Below the pieces are notes generated by a model. It was not told the DNA's origin. It saw nothing but the letters and a program-made list of their open reading frames with translations, and ran no database searches. The position numbers were made by a program, and so were the translations under genes. From assembly GCA_026025075.1 (NCBI GenBank), contig JAPEUI010000055.1:62001-112616 (forward strand): a stretch of DNA of 50,616 bases, in the 5' to 3' direction. The DNA comes from Vezdaea acicularis. Its lineage: Eukaryota. This document shows, piece after piece, positions 37,667 through 50,616 of this stretch. Each line of letters opens with the position of its first letter. Position 1 is the first letter of the stretch.

Positions 37667-38592
37667 TCATGACTCTCCCTGCTCTCCCTGGCCGCCTGCA
37701 GAACTACTAGGCCTCTCAATCCTCCCCAACTCCGCACCTTGTCCACTCTGCCCGCGCTTCCTCCCTGTAATGTGGAAACCATGGTGTGCTGAACCTACTC
37801 CTGCTTCTGTTGACTCCCCGAATCGAGAAAAGATGCCTTTCTTCTTTGGTTTGACCTCGTCATTCAGCCCTACGTCCTCAAAAGCTTCCTCCTCGGTGGG
37901 TGGCTCGCGATCGAACTTGCGGTTCCCAATAGCAGAGCGGGGGAGTCGTGCTTGTCGTGAGTCTAAACTGCGACGAGGAGGAGTTTCGGGCTGTATCACG
38001 GGTGAGCGTGCAGATATGTCCTAATTTATATAAGCTTGGTGGGACATTGGACGGGGATGGCCATGTTGTTGCGCCTACAAAGGACCTGCGGTATGAGTCG
38101 AAAGATTCGCGTGAGATGGAGAATTGCTCGTTCTCATTCAACGTGCTGCGATGTGAAGAAGATGCGCTTGATGGATGAGATCGATGCCAGAAGCCCTTCT
38201 TTTCGGGCGGCGAGGGCTAGCGATCAGTCAGAACCGTCACAATATGTCCATCCAAGGTCAACACTCACTGGAAGGTATACCCCACTATCATTGACGACTG
38301 CGATCAACGTGGTGTCAGCTTGCGGAAACGACTGAATGCGGGCCTCGTAGACAGATTCGACTGCGCTGGGGTGCCAGCGTTTAACTTTGATAAAGGTAAG
38401 CTCACCACTCAATTTGTATTCGTTTGGATCCTCTCGAATGCCTTTGACATTCTGTGCCGTTATAGGTTTAGATCCGACGACTTGCGCTTCCTCAAACCCG
38501 TCCGGCCTAACGGGATGACCATCTTCGCCAAGAACGGGCCTCGCACCTGGCACGGTCTCGGTCGTCTTCTTGAAGGGATTCCTTAGGGGCAT
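37667..38592 (-). CDS. Hypothetical fungal protein (low-complexity, 4 exons)
   Basis: MPLRNPFKK...EYKLS|VVNDSGVYLP|PSPPEKK...ENEQFSISRESFDSYRRSF|DISARSP...EEAFEDVGLNDEVKPKKKGIFSRFG, joined by canonical introns. Confidence 0.8.
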
Positions 38593-40820
38593 TGTGGCAT
38601 AGACGACTATGATTTGGTCAGGTCTTACAGATCACAAACTGGATGCAGAGGGTCGCAGGTCCAGCTATTAATGACGCGGTAATACGGGCCCAGGGCCTTA
38701 GCTGACCGGATAATTCGGGTCCCGCGATCGTACAGTAGACTCGGCGGCGCTTGATCTTAGCCTCGCGTCAATGGTAGTTAGCGATTTGCCAAAGCCGTCG
38801 GCCACGGCATTCCCTAAGCCCGACTGGTGATTGGGCTGGTATCTTGCAATGTCACGCGCTACTATGATCCGCCCGCTTTCATCTCTGATATTAGATCGCT
38901 CTTCAGAGTTAGCGATCATGGAGGATGGTGCTTTGTTATAGGGTGATCTTGATGCTAGGTAATCGGCGACACCCATCCTAGGCGTCGTTGGATCGGTTTT
39001 GTATTTTGCAGAGGATGAAATGTAAAGTGTGCGAATGATGGTCTGCATGTCGTACCACATGGATCTGTCATGTTGCTATAAAGCCGTGGAAGCGGATGAC
39101 TTCTCAATCCTTGATCAATGCGTAAGTCCGTGATGAGCAACGCTACCTTGTAGCCTGCAATTGACAAGGTTGGGATTATGGTCGCACCCAGCCCTGAATG
39201 ATTGGTATGAGCTTAACGCTACAGAAGTTCAAGATACTTGAGAAGGATGGGCGAAACTGGCGACAGTTGCGCTGCGTTCAGCATTGGGCTGTAGTAGCAC
39301 ATGCTCAAAAACTTTCTGCCTTGAAAATCTCGTCTTGTGCCAACGGTCGCATTACTGAACTATACGGCTTTTGCTGAAAGACCGTCCGGAACGCCCACAG
39401 CGGCCATTCATTCAATGCGCCGCCGAGCGGTCAACAAGACGTTAGTCATCAGCCTTCATCTCTGCTTGCTGTCACTGTTGCACCTTCAAGAGGGGAGACA
39501 TTGTAACAATATGTCTTCCATTGACGAGCGTGCATCACCTCATCATTGCCCAATAGGAATAAATGCTAGTCCGAACCTTTCCGTCTAGCTGCAACCGCCA
39601 AAAGCTTCGAGACAAAAATAACGGGATGTGGTTTAGGTGAGTACGAGGCGCGTTTCAGCCCTTGCGATCCATGCGCGATTTCTGTATGGGGATGGGCAAG
39701 TGAACTCTGTTTTCGAGCCGGGAAAATGGGAACGATCGTGCACGGAGACACAAGTCGCCGCAGGGGAGGAAGGCCCCTTCAATAGAGTGCTTGCTTCAGC
39801 GAAAGCGAAGAAATAATGAGAAGCGGTCAAGACATCGATTCCCGGAAGGTGAACGCTACACATCTGCCTCTGAGATCGAGTCGCGACAATGCCAAAGGAC
39901 AGGGTGAACCTTTCGAGCAAAGCTCGAGGTAGCCGCGTAAGAAGACGAGCTTTAACGTGAGTCGAATAAGATTGTCGATGTGAGGGTAAGGGATGGATCC
40001 TGCGCTGACGTCGAGCATGTGCGAGTGCCGGTATACTCGCAGACGAGCTATCCCAAGGAAAGGTGAGGTCGGCGAGCAAGCACCGCAGGCCGGCCAGCGA
40101 GCGGCGAGAACAAACGCCGGCCCGCTCGATCCCCAAACGTCCCCCTGCCCCTGTCTAGAACCCGGTCAGGCACGTTTGGCGCACTGGGAAGCGACAGGGC
40201 ACACCCCTCCGTCCTCCTGCGATTATCGCGAGCTGCGACGGTCAATCCTTTTGCAGATGCCGGGTGAGGGTGTTTGGGGAGTCAGGGATCAACCTAATCA
40301 GCTCGACCGCTTCTCCACCTGCCTAGTGCTATTTGAACTTTGAAACGGCATGTCGCCGACCGACCGACCGAGCAAAGCCCCGAACGACATCTCGAGCGTG
40401 AGGCCGCCGACCAGCGAACACGAACGGCTAACGCTCTGGCCCAGACATGTCCCTCATCCTGACCACCCCGCCAATTCGCTCCCTAACACCCCTCTCCTTT
40501 CGCCCTCCAACACAATCGTGCCACAGCTTTATTTCCAGCCCTACCCGTACTCACACTACCTCTGCCGTTCACTGTTCTCCTTCTGTTCTAAACCTCAATC
40601 CCTCCAGCCCACTCCACATTCGCTGTCAAGCTTCGACCTCCACTAATATCTCCCCTTCCTCCCGCAAAGATCGCTTGTCCCTCCTCCTGCATGAAAGATT
40701 TCTTCATGTATCATGTGGATCTTATAATGTAATGCCGCGTGGAAGGTGTCATACGTTCGCCTCGCCAATGAAGGACATACTCCGGCTTTTTCGGTGAATA
40801 AAATCATAAAGTCATTCGAG

Positions 40821-42591
40821 ATGGCAGCCTTCTGGGGGCCATGGCTCTTGTGGGAAAAGATGTGTTTCGTGAGTCCTTGGCCTGGTGCACCGCGTTGCAC
40901 ACGGAGAAAAGACTGACATTTTTCGTCGATATCAGGTCCTTGCACTCTCTATAGTAAGCATGGTGCTTAAAGGCGTCATCGTATCGAATACTTATGATTG
41001 CTAGGTCGTGACGATCTTGCTAGGCGGCTGCAAGCTGATGTACAACTCGTGGAGGTTGAGGAAATATACTGCTATCACCGAGGCCCGGAGAATGCACCTA
41101 CTTGAAGTGAGGAGAAGTGGAAACATGGTCCAGCTGAAAGGGGAAGAAGTTCCGTTTGGCATTCGAGCTATCGAGAGTGGCATTGAAGTCGAGGGTGTGT
41201 GGGTGTCCCGCCAGGCCACGCCAATCAAAAGCAGCCTCCTGGCGGGGAGATCATCCACACCATCTCCACCGAGCGGTTCCTCTTCGAGCGAGTTATCTCC
41301 GACTAGAGTACTGTTTGCTGCTACTTCCGAAATTTCGATAGCCATGCCTCGATCAATACACCCTGAACAGAGCAGCGCTACTGATCGTCCTAGGACCCTC
41401 TCCAGCGCTATTTTGGACGATAGCTTGCAACACAGCCATGCCGGCTCTGTCACACCAGATAATGAACGCTATGGGCCATGGCATCGTACTCAGATGACTG
41501 ACTGCGCTGATCATCTTGTTCACCATAAGGCATCCCTAAGTCGACTGGAAGGGTTTGAGCAGATAGCCCACCAGCTGCGATCTGATAGAGCCTCTTCCAC
41601 TACGTATCTCGATCTTCAACCCTCTGCACGCAAGTCGGTTGTCGTTGACAGACCTGGTATGTCCAACAAATAAAGACTTGAATGTCTCCATAAAGCTCCT
41701 TCAAGGCTATGCAGTTCTTCGTGCTAATTCCGCAATTGCTCAGATACCGAGAATGTCCAAATTGGGAAGGGTACGCTGGAGTCTTTTTCTACGCTCAATA
41801 AAGAGCCACCCCTTTCATACCCAGCAAAGCCACTACAGGTTCGGTATCCTCGCTCGTCCAGCCAGAATGGACAGGTCGAGTCCGTACATCAGAGTCCTGT
41901 TGACGTACGACCCTTCACAGAAATTCGATGTGGCAACCTGGATGCTCTTTACAACCACCGTATATCGCACGCTGCTGAGACTGGACAGTTGCATCCTCGC
42001 ATTAAGCGAAGTGCATTCAGTGGTGACTGGCTGGGGATGATGCAGTCCTCTAGCGCTAGCTCAGAAATAACTGCCGGTTTGGGTCATCATCGAAGTGACC
42101 TCAGGTCCAAAGCCAAGGAAAAGGAAAAGGATAACCTGCAGCACAGTGATTACTTCAGCTTCCCGCAAGCTCCCTACACTGTAGGGACGAGTGCTTCAGG
42201 CCCGCCTAGCAAGGGGTTTGTTCAGAGTGAGAAGATTATTGATATGGTTCAACAGTTGGAGGACTCGTATGACTCGAAGTCCAGGCCAGTTGTGACACCG
42301 CCTGGGTATTCAAAGGCGGGTCCCAGCACCAAAGAAGCCATAGCAGGAACAGCCGTTCCGTTCGATTCTCATCCCAGTTATTCCCATGCCAACAAGACTG
42401 TTCGAAAGGTCAACTCCGGGTTTGAGATCCTACCAGCAGGAACATTCTTAAACCCCTCTCCTCATATAAACAATAAAGCAAGAGTTGACAGACCTGAAGA
42501 GGGTATCGAGGAGCTTGAAGCCGTAGAACACAAATCGAAGCGGCTGCAAAAGAAAAACCCCCGCGATTCAAAAGTGCGAGGGATCAGCTGA
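40821..42591 (+). CDS. Hypothetical single-pass membrane protein with a long disordered tail
   Basis: MAAFWGPWLLWEKMCF|VLALSI|VVTILLGGCKLMYNSWRLRKY...EEVPFGIRAIESGIEVEGVWVSR...|...HRISHAAETGQLHPR...RKVNSGFEILPAGTF, joined by canonical GT-AG introns. Confidence 0.82.
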
Positions 42592-43513
42592 ATAGAGGGT
42601 ATTTCAGCTACTGCTACCTGATCTGTATCTGACGCCGGGAAATGAATTCCGAAGCACTGCGCAATATCTAAATAAGTCCGATCATGATCGGCTGTGATAG
42701 TAATACCGCCTGATACGATCGTGTCATAATAGGGCAAAAACAAAGCCACATCTGAGACTATTTCGTTTGACCTCGTAAATATGCTGGGATTGCGCTGCAT
42801 GTTGGCATCACGCCATGGACTTCAGCCAGCTCGGCAGCCCATACTTTGCTTTAACCCGAGTCCCTACAGCTTGGCAAAATTTGTGGAGAAATGATGCCTA
42901 GAGCTTCTTTGAATGTAAAAGAGACATTCCGTTGATGTAAGATGTTGGGCAACCGGATACGGGTAGCCCTTCAAGCGTTCGAAGTAACTTCGCATCTTTG
43001 CTATGAGGAATTGACATGCTCAAACTGTCTGCTCCTTAACCTAACCCTGCGTAGGACGTAGGTAATACAATAATTAATCCGACTGCTTTGTCATCTTTCG
43101 TGCGCTCGATTGTGTATTTACTATACTTTTGTGCTGTGAGATTCCCTCGTCTCGCCTAGAATCTGGCATTTTAATGAGTTCTGATATTACTACGGGGCTC
43201 GCGGTTAAGACAATACTTGACTTTGCAAAGCCTTAAACGGCGTGCCTTTCTCGTTGACTTAATTACGGAAATTGACCTCACGTCTCTCTTGTCTGTCAGG
43301 AGAGGAGGTACCCTTTCACCCACGATATTCTAGAAAGCACCTCAAACAGTTTTTGGCAGTGGCTTCTAATTGGTCATCTGCGTTAACTACAGGGTATGCT
43401 ACTGTAGAAACCATATAAGGTTGCGGGTCACACTCGATGGCGTACACGTCTGCGCCGCACACCGATCGCCATATCCGCCATCAATTTCGGCCGCAACCTC
43501 GATCACGGGATCG

Positions 43514-43572
43514 CGCGAAATTCAATTTGCTGCCCTCGCGTTTCGCCACCCCACTATGCATTGCCTTACGCG
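43514..43572. promoter_or_regulatory. MCB/SCB-like elements upstream of RAD51
   Basis: CGCGAAA at 43514, CGCGT at 43537 and ACGCG at 43568, within 150 bp of the RAD51 ATG. Confidence 0.6.
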
Positions 43573-43659
43573 ACAGACTGGCTTTTGTAGTAAACAAGCC
43601 CAAGTGTGAGCCTCCATCACATCACCGCGAGATTGCTGCACTCATCGTACGCTGTCATC

Positions 43660-44984
43660 ATGTCCGGAGAAGTTGCGCAGTCGCAATCTGGATATGAAGA
43701 TGGTGGGACCAGTGGTCCTGGCGCTCCTACCCCGCTTTCGGCATTAGAGGTACGAACTGTAATCCAATCCGTCGACAACTAAATGAACATATATCACAGG
43801 GTGTTGCAGGCTTGACAAAGCGAGATATTCAGCTAGTCGTGGATGGTGGCTTTAATACTGTGGAGTCGGTAGCATACACGTAGGTTCTGCGTTGAATGGT
43901 ACTGTACATACAATTGCCAGGAAGCTCACCATACGCGCAGTCCTCGAAGGCTACTCGAGCAAATCAAGGGTATAAGTGAGCAGAAAGCCACTAAGATTCT
44001 TGCTGAAGGTGTGTAAATGCGAAAATTGCAAGTCTTGATAAAGCGATGTTACCTAAGATCAAACATACTTATAGCCTCTAAACTTGTCCCTATGGGTTTC
44101 ACAACGGCTACAGAAATGCATGCACGTAGGAGCGAACTTATCTCTATCACAACCGGTTCTAAGCAGCTCGATACTCTGCTTGCCGGCGGTATTGAAACGG
44201 GAAGCATAACGGAGATATTCGGCGAATTCCGAACTGGGAAGAGCCAAATATGTCACACGCTTGCTGTAACATGTCAACTACCATTTGATATGGGAGGCGG
44301 GGAAGGGAAGTGTTTATATATCGATACAGAAGGAACGTTCAGGTAAGCGGAAAACGCTCTATCGTACATCAGACGTGTTTCCCCTCAACCTTTCCGAGCG
44401 TGCTTTACCCAATGAGTTTACTTACGAGGACATATCATAGGCCTGTACGTCTTCTCGCTGTTGCGAACCGATATGGGCTTTCTGGGGAAGAAGTCCTTGA
44501 TAACGTTGCCTATGCTCGCGCCTATAATTCCGACCATCAGCTACAACTACTGAATCAAGCTAGTGCCATGATGTGCGAGACCCGCTTCTCACTACTCATT
44601 GTTGATAGCGCGACGTCGCTCTACCGAACCGACTTCTCTGGTCGTGGCGAGCTTAGCTCGCGGCAGACACATTTAGCACGCTTTATGAGGACCTTGCAAC
44701 GGCTCGCAGATGAATTTGGCATCGCAGTTGTCATCACAAACCAGGTAGTTGCACAAGTTGATGGCGGGCCGAGTGCAATGTTCAACCCAGACCCTAAGAA
44801 GCCAATTGGGGGGAACATAATCGCTCATGCAAGCACCACAAGATTGAGTTTGAAGAAAGGCCGCGGAGAAACGCGAATATGTAAGATCTATGATAGTCCC
44901 TGTTTGCCGGAGAGCGATTGCCTTTTCGCGATATGTGAAGATGGTATTGGTGATCCACAGCCTAAGGACCTCGAGAAGGATTAG
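43660..44984 (+). CDS. RAD51: DNA repair recombinase Rad51
   Basis: [22 protein letters not shown], Walker [20 protein letters not shown], Walker [31 protein letters not shown]. Confidence 0.98.
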
Positions 44985-45345
44985 ACGACTAAATCAACTA
45001 AATAGGTTGGTTAGGGTGACCGACTGTAAAATAGACATTTCAATGGAGTGATTAGGCAGGCGTGCTTGGAGCCTTTGTAATCAGGGACAGGGGGCGTAGC
45101 AGTATCACTTCAGCATCTCCTTTCATCATACAGGTAGTTTGACCGTTTTGCGTCTAATTGTAGGACTAGCAGCTTTTCACTGAGCGGGTAACATAGTTTC
45201 ATGAAGCTAAAGACTGATGGTATAAGCCACCATAACTTGTTCAGATGCATCTATTCCCGGACGATCTGTATGGTTTTCAGAAAGTCTACCTAGTCGTGCT
45301 CAACCCAACGGATCAAATGATCTGCAAATACTGTCCCATACGGAA

Positions 45346-48077
45346 CTATTCTTCTTCGATCTCACCTTCCTCGCTTCCGGAATGCATTACTGGTTCTGGT
45401 GCTTCAACTTTCGCTGGCTGCGGTGACCTACTTGGCTTGCGCCTACGTAAGCCCGGCGAGCGATCACGGGAGCGATCACGCCTTGACCTCTATATAGGGA
45501 AGCGAATGTTAGTGTTTACTGCAAACCGTACGAGAATCTCCCGAGACGATTTCGGAGGATAGAAGGAAATACAGAATCCATAAAGGAGTCTCACGAACCT
45601 TGCTCTCTCTGCCAATCGTGACGCTCGTCTCACTTCCACTCCTACCCCTCCTCTTCCTCTCCCTCTCCTTATCCTTCTCCGTACTGCTCTTTGCTTCCCC
45701 ATAATCTAATTCGTCCGAGCCTCTATCTCTTCGTCCCCTTCTGTCTCTATCGCGATTGTCATCCAGGTCCCTTCGATTCCTCTCGTACCTTCCTGGACTT
45801 CTGACCCTGCCTCCCCGATCACGATCTCGTTCTTTATCTCGAGTTGAGCGAGGTGGTGGGGAAAGCCCCGTTGATCCTTTCCGGTACTGTCGCTCGCGGT
45901 CCGCTTGCGCTTTCTTGCGATCCGCTTCGTACGCATCCGGCTCAGGCGAACGGGAGAAGCGATGCGAGACATGGCGTCTAGAAGATGTGTAAGGCCCGTT
46001 TCTACCATCGCGATCACGTTCACGCTCTCTGTCCCTGTGGCTGCTTGAACGTCCTGCATCAAGCATACTCCTATCACGATGGCTACTGGCCCCTCGATTC
46101 TTTTCCCGCTCTGCGTCTTCCTCCTTCTCTTTGACTCGACGCAGGACCTTGTCAAAAGTACTACGGCGTAGATCATCGGTCGGAACTTCTCGATACTCTG
46201 ATGTTTTCTCAACACGAGCGCGTACTTCCTCCCAAGTTGCGGTGGACGTGATTGGGGGACTGAGGTGGCGTAGATGGGAGCGGAGAGCATCCACGGCTTT
46301 GTGATGACTCCTCTCACTGCCATGGCGAGCTTCATCAGAGCGCCTGGTGGCCTTGTCTCGGAGCTAGGATGAGAAATTAGGTCTGCACTAAATGGAAGCT
46401 CATTTTGGATTTGTAAAGGCGTACTCTATCAAATATATGCTGAATAATATCGCGATCAACATTCGCTATCCGAGGATCGCCTCGCACCCAGCCCATGAAT
46501 TCATCGAAAGTAGTGCTTCGCAAGACTTCCTGCCGTTTGTCCTACTCAAGTCTGTCAGCTTAAACCAGACGTAGATATGCTTGGTACTTGCCTCTAAGAT
46601 ATCGATAATGTCATTTCTTTTACCACGCAGACCCCTCTCTTCTTCCTCGATCATATCCCAGAAGAGGTCAAGCGGCGTCGAGCCGGACTGCCCCAGCATC
46701 GCAACGTATCGCTGATCGCTTTCAAGTACGGGATGAATTTGCATCCACTTGGTGCCGGCCTTGATCTTACCAGCTGCTTTCAGCTCTCTCAGGAGGCTCA
46801 AGAAATTATCTCGGTTTTGTCTCTCTCTTCTAGCTTTAGTGTTTTTCTGCTGCTGACGTGCATCATTAAAAGAGCGCTCTAAGGCCTTGATATGGTTCTC
46901 AAAAGCGGTAAGAATGTCAGACTTGCTGAGGTACGTAAACTTCTTATCTCCCTGAAACCGCTCATTCGACTGAATTATCCCTTGCGCTTCAGACCACCTC
47001 GTATATGGCTCAAGGTCAAGGGATTTTAGTAGAGCCACTAAGTCATCCATAGCGGCCTTTCGGGTGGATGCTTCCCTCTCAACGTTAGCTTTCTTGAGAT
47101 CAATGATATACTCCTCAAATAACTGCCGTCTTTCGTTCTCATCATCTGTAGACCGGAAGATGGTTTCGCCTTCAATTATTGGTCGGGCTGTCTTCCATCT
47201 TGTGTAATGCTTGATTTCGGGATGACTTCTGAGCATAGTGCCAAAATCGGCACGAAGCTTAGCTAATCTCTCCTTGGCTCGGTCTTTTTCTTGCATGCGC
47301 ACCTCGACTGCATATTTCTCGAAAGCCACCTTTCGATCCTTTGGATCTTTAAGCGCCCGATATTGTGGATCCCTAATGGTAGCCTTCATCGTTTGTTCCC
47401 ATGTCCAGTCTGGCTGAACTCCTGCCCGCTTCAACAGTTTCATGAATGCTGCTTCAGCCTCCTCTAACGATGAATAATCTGGCTGTACCGTGGGAGCGAT
47501 TGTTGGTTCATAGCCTCGAGGGCCGCTACTTTCGCCGTTCCCATACCCTATCTGCCGATCTTGTCCAAGCGGCGCACTCTGACCTTGGTGCTGTGGAAAT
47601 GAAGAGCTGCCTCCAGCAACAAAGGTCGGAGCTCTGCGTGGATTAGAAGGGGATCCCGGGAACTTGAGCGTTGGTTTTACTCACTGCGACACAGGGCGCA
47701 AAGTAGATTGTGTTTGCGCCAAAGCTTCTTTGTAGACTTGTGGAATTTCCCAAGAGCTTTGCTTAGTTTCTGTGTTATACCTGGTGATATCAACAAGCTG
47801 GAAATTCTGTTCTCATACGAATGCCACTTACCAATACTTCCTACCCCCTTCTGCTGTGTATTCCTTCCAAGGTTGGTCAGAGAGTGCTCTCTAGGTTTTA
47901 GGTCAACGTAACGCCTTTCACAGTAAGCTTAAGCCATACCTCAGCTGGTGTCATTAGCTCCAATGGTTTGGTCCATTGTGTAGCTTTCGTCTGCGTATTG
48001 TAGTAGTAGACCCGGCCTTCAGGGTTGCGCGCCTCTTGCCAAAGCGCATGAGCTGCGATCCCATTCAAGCCATTCAT
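45346..48077 (-). CDS. PRP40: U1 snRNP/pre-mRNA processing factor Prp40 (2 WW + FF repeats + RD/RS-rich tail)
   Basis: [39 protein letters not shown] repeats ([31 protein letters not shown]), ending SEEGEIEEE*. Confidence 0.95.
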
Positions 48078-48502
48078 ACTGAAAGTGGATCCAATGCAGC
48101 TCTACTTTAGAAAGGTATGGCAGAATGAGATGTAGGAAAAGAGAGAGTATGGCGGTAGGCGAGCTTGATTGGAGGTAGGTCGAAGTCATCCAAATTTTGG
48201 AGACACGTGATAATATACATGAAAACTAAGCTTCATTCTCCTCAATTTCTTGCTAACGGCATGTGCGAAGCACGGATGAACATGTTCATATAAACGTCGG
48301 ACTAAATGACTTAATTTTTCTTTTGAAAGTTTCTTGATCTCTTTCTGGCGATTGAACGATGCTGGAGACCTCACGTTTTTATCGTGCATGAGTTGCTTAC
48401 TGTCAGACTCTCGGTTTCTGTGCACCACCAACCTGCTGAATGGAGAAAACTCATCAAATCCGAAGTTAGCAATGAAGCTATATCTTAGCACAATTCGTAA
48501 GA

Positions 48503-50455
48503 ATGGCAAGAGAAGGTACAGAACATGCGCTTCGGAGCAGCAATGAGCTCATAGAGAGGTCGTGGCTTGAAACAGTTGTACCCCACGCCTCTCACTTCAA
48601 TGTGGAAGAAGCATTGAGTAATGTAGATTGCTCTGAGACGCAGCCAGCCTCTCTAGCTCTGTCTTCGATACAGCAGAGACGTTTGTTGTTCTTTGGTTTG
48701 TGCCCTTGCAGGTCTGGGATTTACAAGCTTCTTACTCATTTCTAGATCAATAGATGAGACTGTCCCTGTCTATGTATTACTAAGAACGCCGACAATAGGC
48801 CAAAACAACATCCAGGCATTTATTTCGCGGCTTACTATTAACGTGGAGGCATATGCTATTGGAACATCTCCTCACCAACCAGCTGAGGGCCAGGACGCTT
48901 CCAACAAGCATACTGTACAGGCCAAAGAGCTTCTGTTCTCAGATACCGTAGATGATGCTGGAGATCCCTTTATTGCCGTCCATAGCAACTCAACAGAAGA
49001 AAGGAGTACAGATGCATTTGTTTCTGTGGTGTGGCGAGTTGGCGTACTTCTAAGTACATATATTTGATCAATGTTTATAAGACCATGGAGCTGATATGGA
49101 TTGCAGGCAGGCCTCGAATTCGACTCCAAGCGCCCGTAATCGTCTTTGCCGCTTCAGCAAATGTGCAGCCACCGAACCAAATCGAACCAAAGCTTGAAGC
49201 AGAAGAACACATGGATAGTCTTGTGCCTGCAGGCATAAACTTGCTGGAAGCTTTCAAGAATGACCCATCTTTATCACATGCTAACCCACGATTATCGTCC
49301 TTACGGATTTCTCGCGTTGCTCCTAAATATCCAATGGTGAAGAACCTATTCCGCCCACTGAGAAGTCAAGCTCAGCGAAGGTTTCAAATTATATCGGCAA
49401 TAAGTACAAGAATTAGACATGTCAAATCTCAAGATGTGCACCAAGACTCGATCATTGCCGCTCTCGACTTTAGCGTAAATCCAGCCGCTGCATGCGATGT
49501 ATGCCTTAATGAAGTAGAGCTGAAACTTTTCGGGGGGTTGACAGAGACACTTACTGGGCCAGCAGAAGCTGGTGGCCTCCCAATGATATTCAAACCTCGT
49601 GATGATGTTACATTTCTCTACCGACTCACACCTCACGAAGGTATAGATCAATTGGCCACTCAGCAAGCAGTCACTTCTATCTTGAAGGTGCTAGAGACTT
49701 CAGTAAGTGCAAGAGTACTGGCATCAGGGGGGTGTAATCCACATGTCCGAATGAAATGGAGGACAAATGTTGAATTCATGGCTGGCTCCCGTTCTTACTC
49801 TAACCCTGTTGGCATACAGTCGATGCGGATAGCTCAAAATCCTCCTATACAGCGCCCAGAGTCGCCTTTGACAAAGCCAGACTTACCGCCATCGATAGTT
49901 TCTCCGGTTCAACCACGTACACAGGAGCTAGAGACCGGATTCGGCGTGACCCTAACAATTTCAGGTCCTGACAGGGTACAGGCTGGTGAGAGCTTCACTT
50001 GGGACGTCTTCATTGTCAATCGTTCAGAAAAGTCGAGGAAACTAGCTCTGCTCGTTTTACCTAGACGACGACGGCTGGATATCAAGAAGGCACCACTTAG
50101 GCCATCTTCTGGGAATAACAAGGATAACCGGGCCATTGCGGAAGCGGTGATAGATGAAAACATTATCTATGCTATGCAGAAGGGACACCTGCTAGAATCT
50201 GCTGATTTGATTAGCCTGAATACAGACATCCGCGTAGGGTAAGTCTTGAGAGGCACTGAAGAACTTGATATGCTGACCAACATCGCCAATAGTCCACTGG
50301 CACCTGATGCTTGCCATATGGCGACGTTGCGATTTCTTCCAATTTCTACTGGTGTTCTACGTATTGAAGCAATCCGACTGATCGACCTTGCTACCCAAGA
50401 CATGGTAGATATTCGAGATCTGCCTATAATTGAGTCGTGGAGCACAGTTTCGTAG
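48503..50455 (+). CDS. TRS65: TRAPP II complex subunit Trs65
   Basis: IQQRRLLFF|DETVPVYVLL, RPRIRLQ.P, SLVPAGINLLE, PRDDVTFLYRL, C.PHVRMKWRTNVEF, FTWDVFIVNRS, ISLNTDIRVG|PLAPDACH...GVLRIEAIRLIDL. Confidence 0.85.
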
Positions 50456-50616
50456 CACAGATGGGGCGAATTCTGTTTTTGCGCTTGTGCATAGGCCGTA
50501 TGACCAGTGTCTACCTTTTAAAAAACATCCTGAAAAAGAGAATTGGATTAACTCAAAGCATTCCATGGCCAATTTTTTGCCCACCGTGAAAACAGTAAAT
50601 TTCGTCGGTCACCCGT

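Noticed and set aside
39633..40343. ORFs of 116-167 aa in the GC-rich intergenic block
   Set aside because: Arg/Ser/Pro-rich with no recognisable motifs, as expected by chance at high GC.
43036..43048. TTAACCTAACCCT, plus isolated TTAGGG-like words near 23385 and 45011, as telomere seeds or a telomerase RNA template
   Set aside because: Single, out-of-register units. There is no array and no TAACCCTAA-type template.
190..44984. SIR2, DNA2, NUP120 and RAD51 as a genome-maintenance gene cluster
   Set aside because: They are spread over 45 kb among unrelated genes, consistent with ordinary gene order.
45706..46335. 209-aa alternative-frame ORF and short repeats within PRP40
   Set aside because: By-products of the repetitive RD/RS-rich coding region.
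190..50455. Stop-codon readthrough (TGA-CTA) or A-to-I-corrected premature stops in housekeeping genes
   Set aside because: The stop contexts I checked lack the readthrough motif, and the apparent in-frame stops I examined are explained by canonical introns.

Overview
Gene-dense, intron-rich genomic DNA from a filamentous ascomycete (Pezizomycotina-type GT-AG introns of mostly ~45-75 nt with CTRAY branch points). Most of the window is conserved housekeeping genes: SIR2, VPS37, FYV6/FAM192A, DNA2, a mitochondrial oxodicarboxylate carrier, RPP40, TRM11, a SUZ-domain protein, SAP62/PRP11, TBCE, COT1/CBK1, GOS1, RPL35, NUP120, RAD51, PRP40 and TRS65, plus several hypothetical genes. Many are head-to-head with short shared promoters. 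An accessory-looking patch at ~17.0-22.3 kb holds an uncharacterised multi-pass membrane protein gene, a 246-bp impala/Tc1-type non-autonomous element and a decayed short-chain dehydrogenase gene. The element keeps a transposase C-terminal relic and carries what look like two stacked excision footprints in its own TIR. The most interesting hypotheses concern splicing: a possible feedback loop in the FYV6 intron (proximal non-productive versus distal productive 3' splice site) and a possible 5-nt poison micro-exon in COT1 intron 1. Gene identities come from my recognition of protein motifs, and exon boundaries were parsed by eye. No searches were run.
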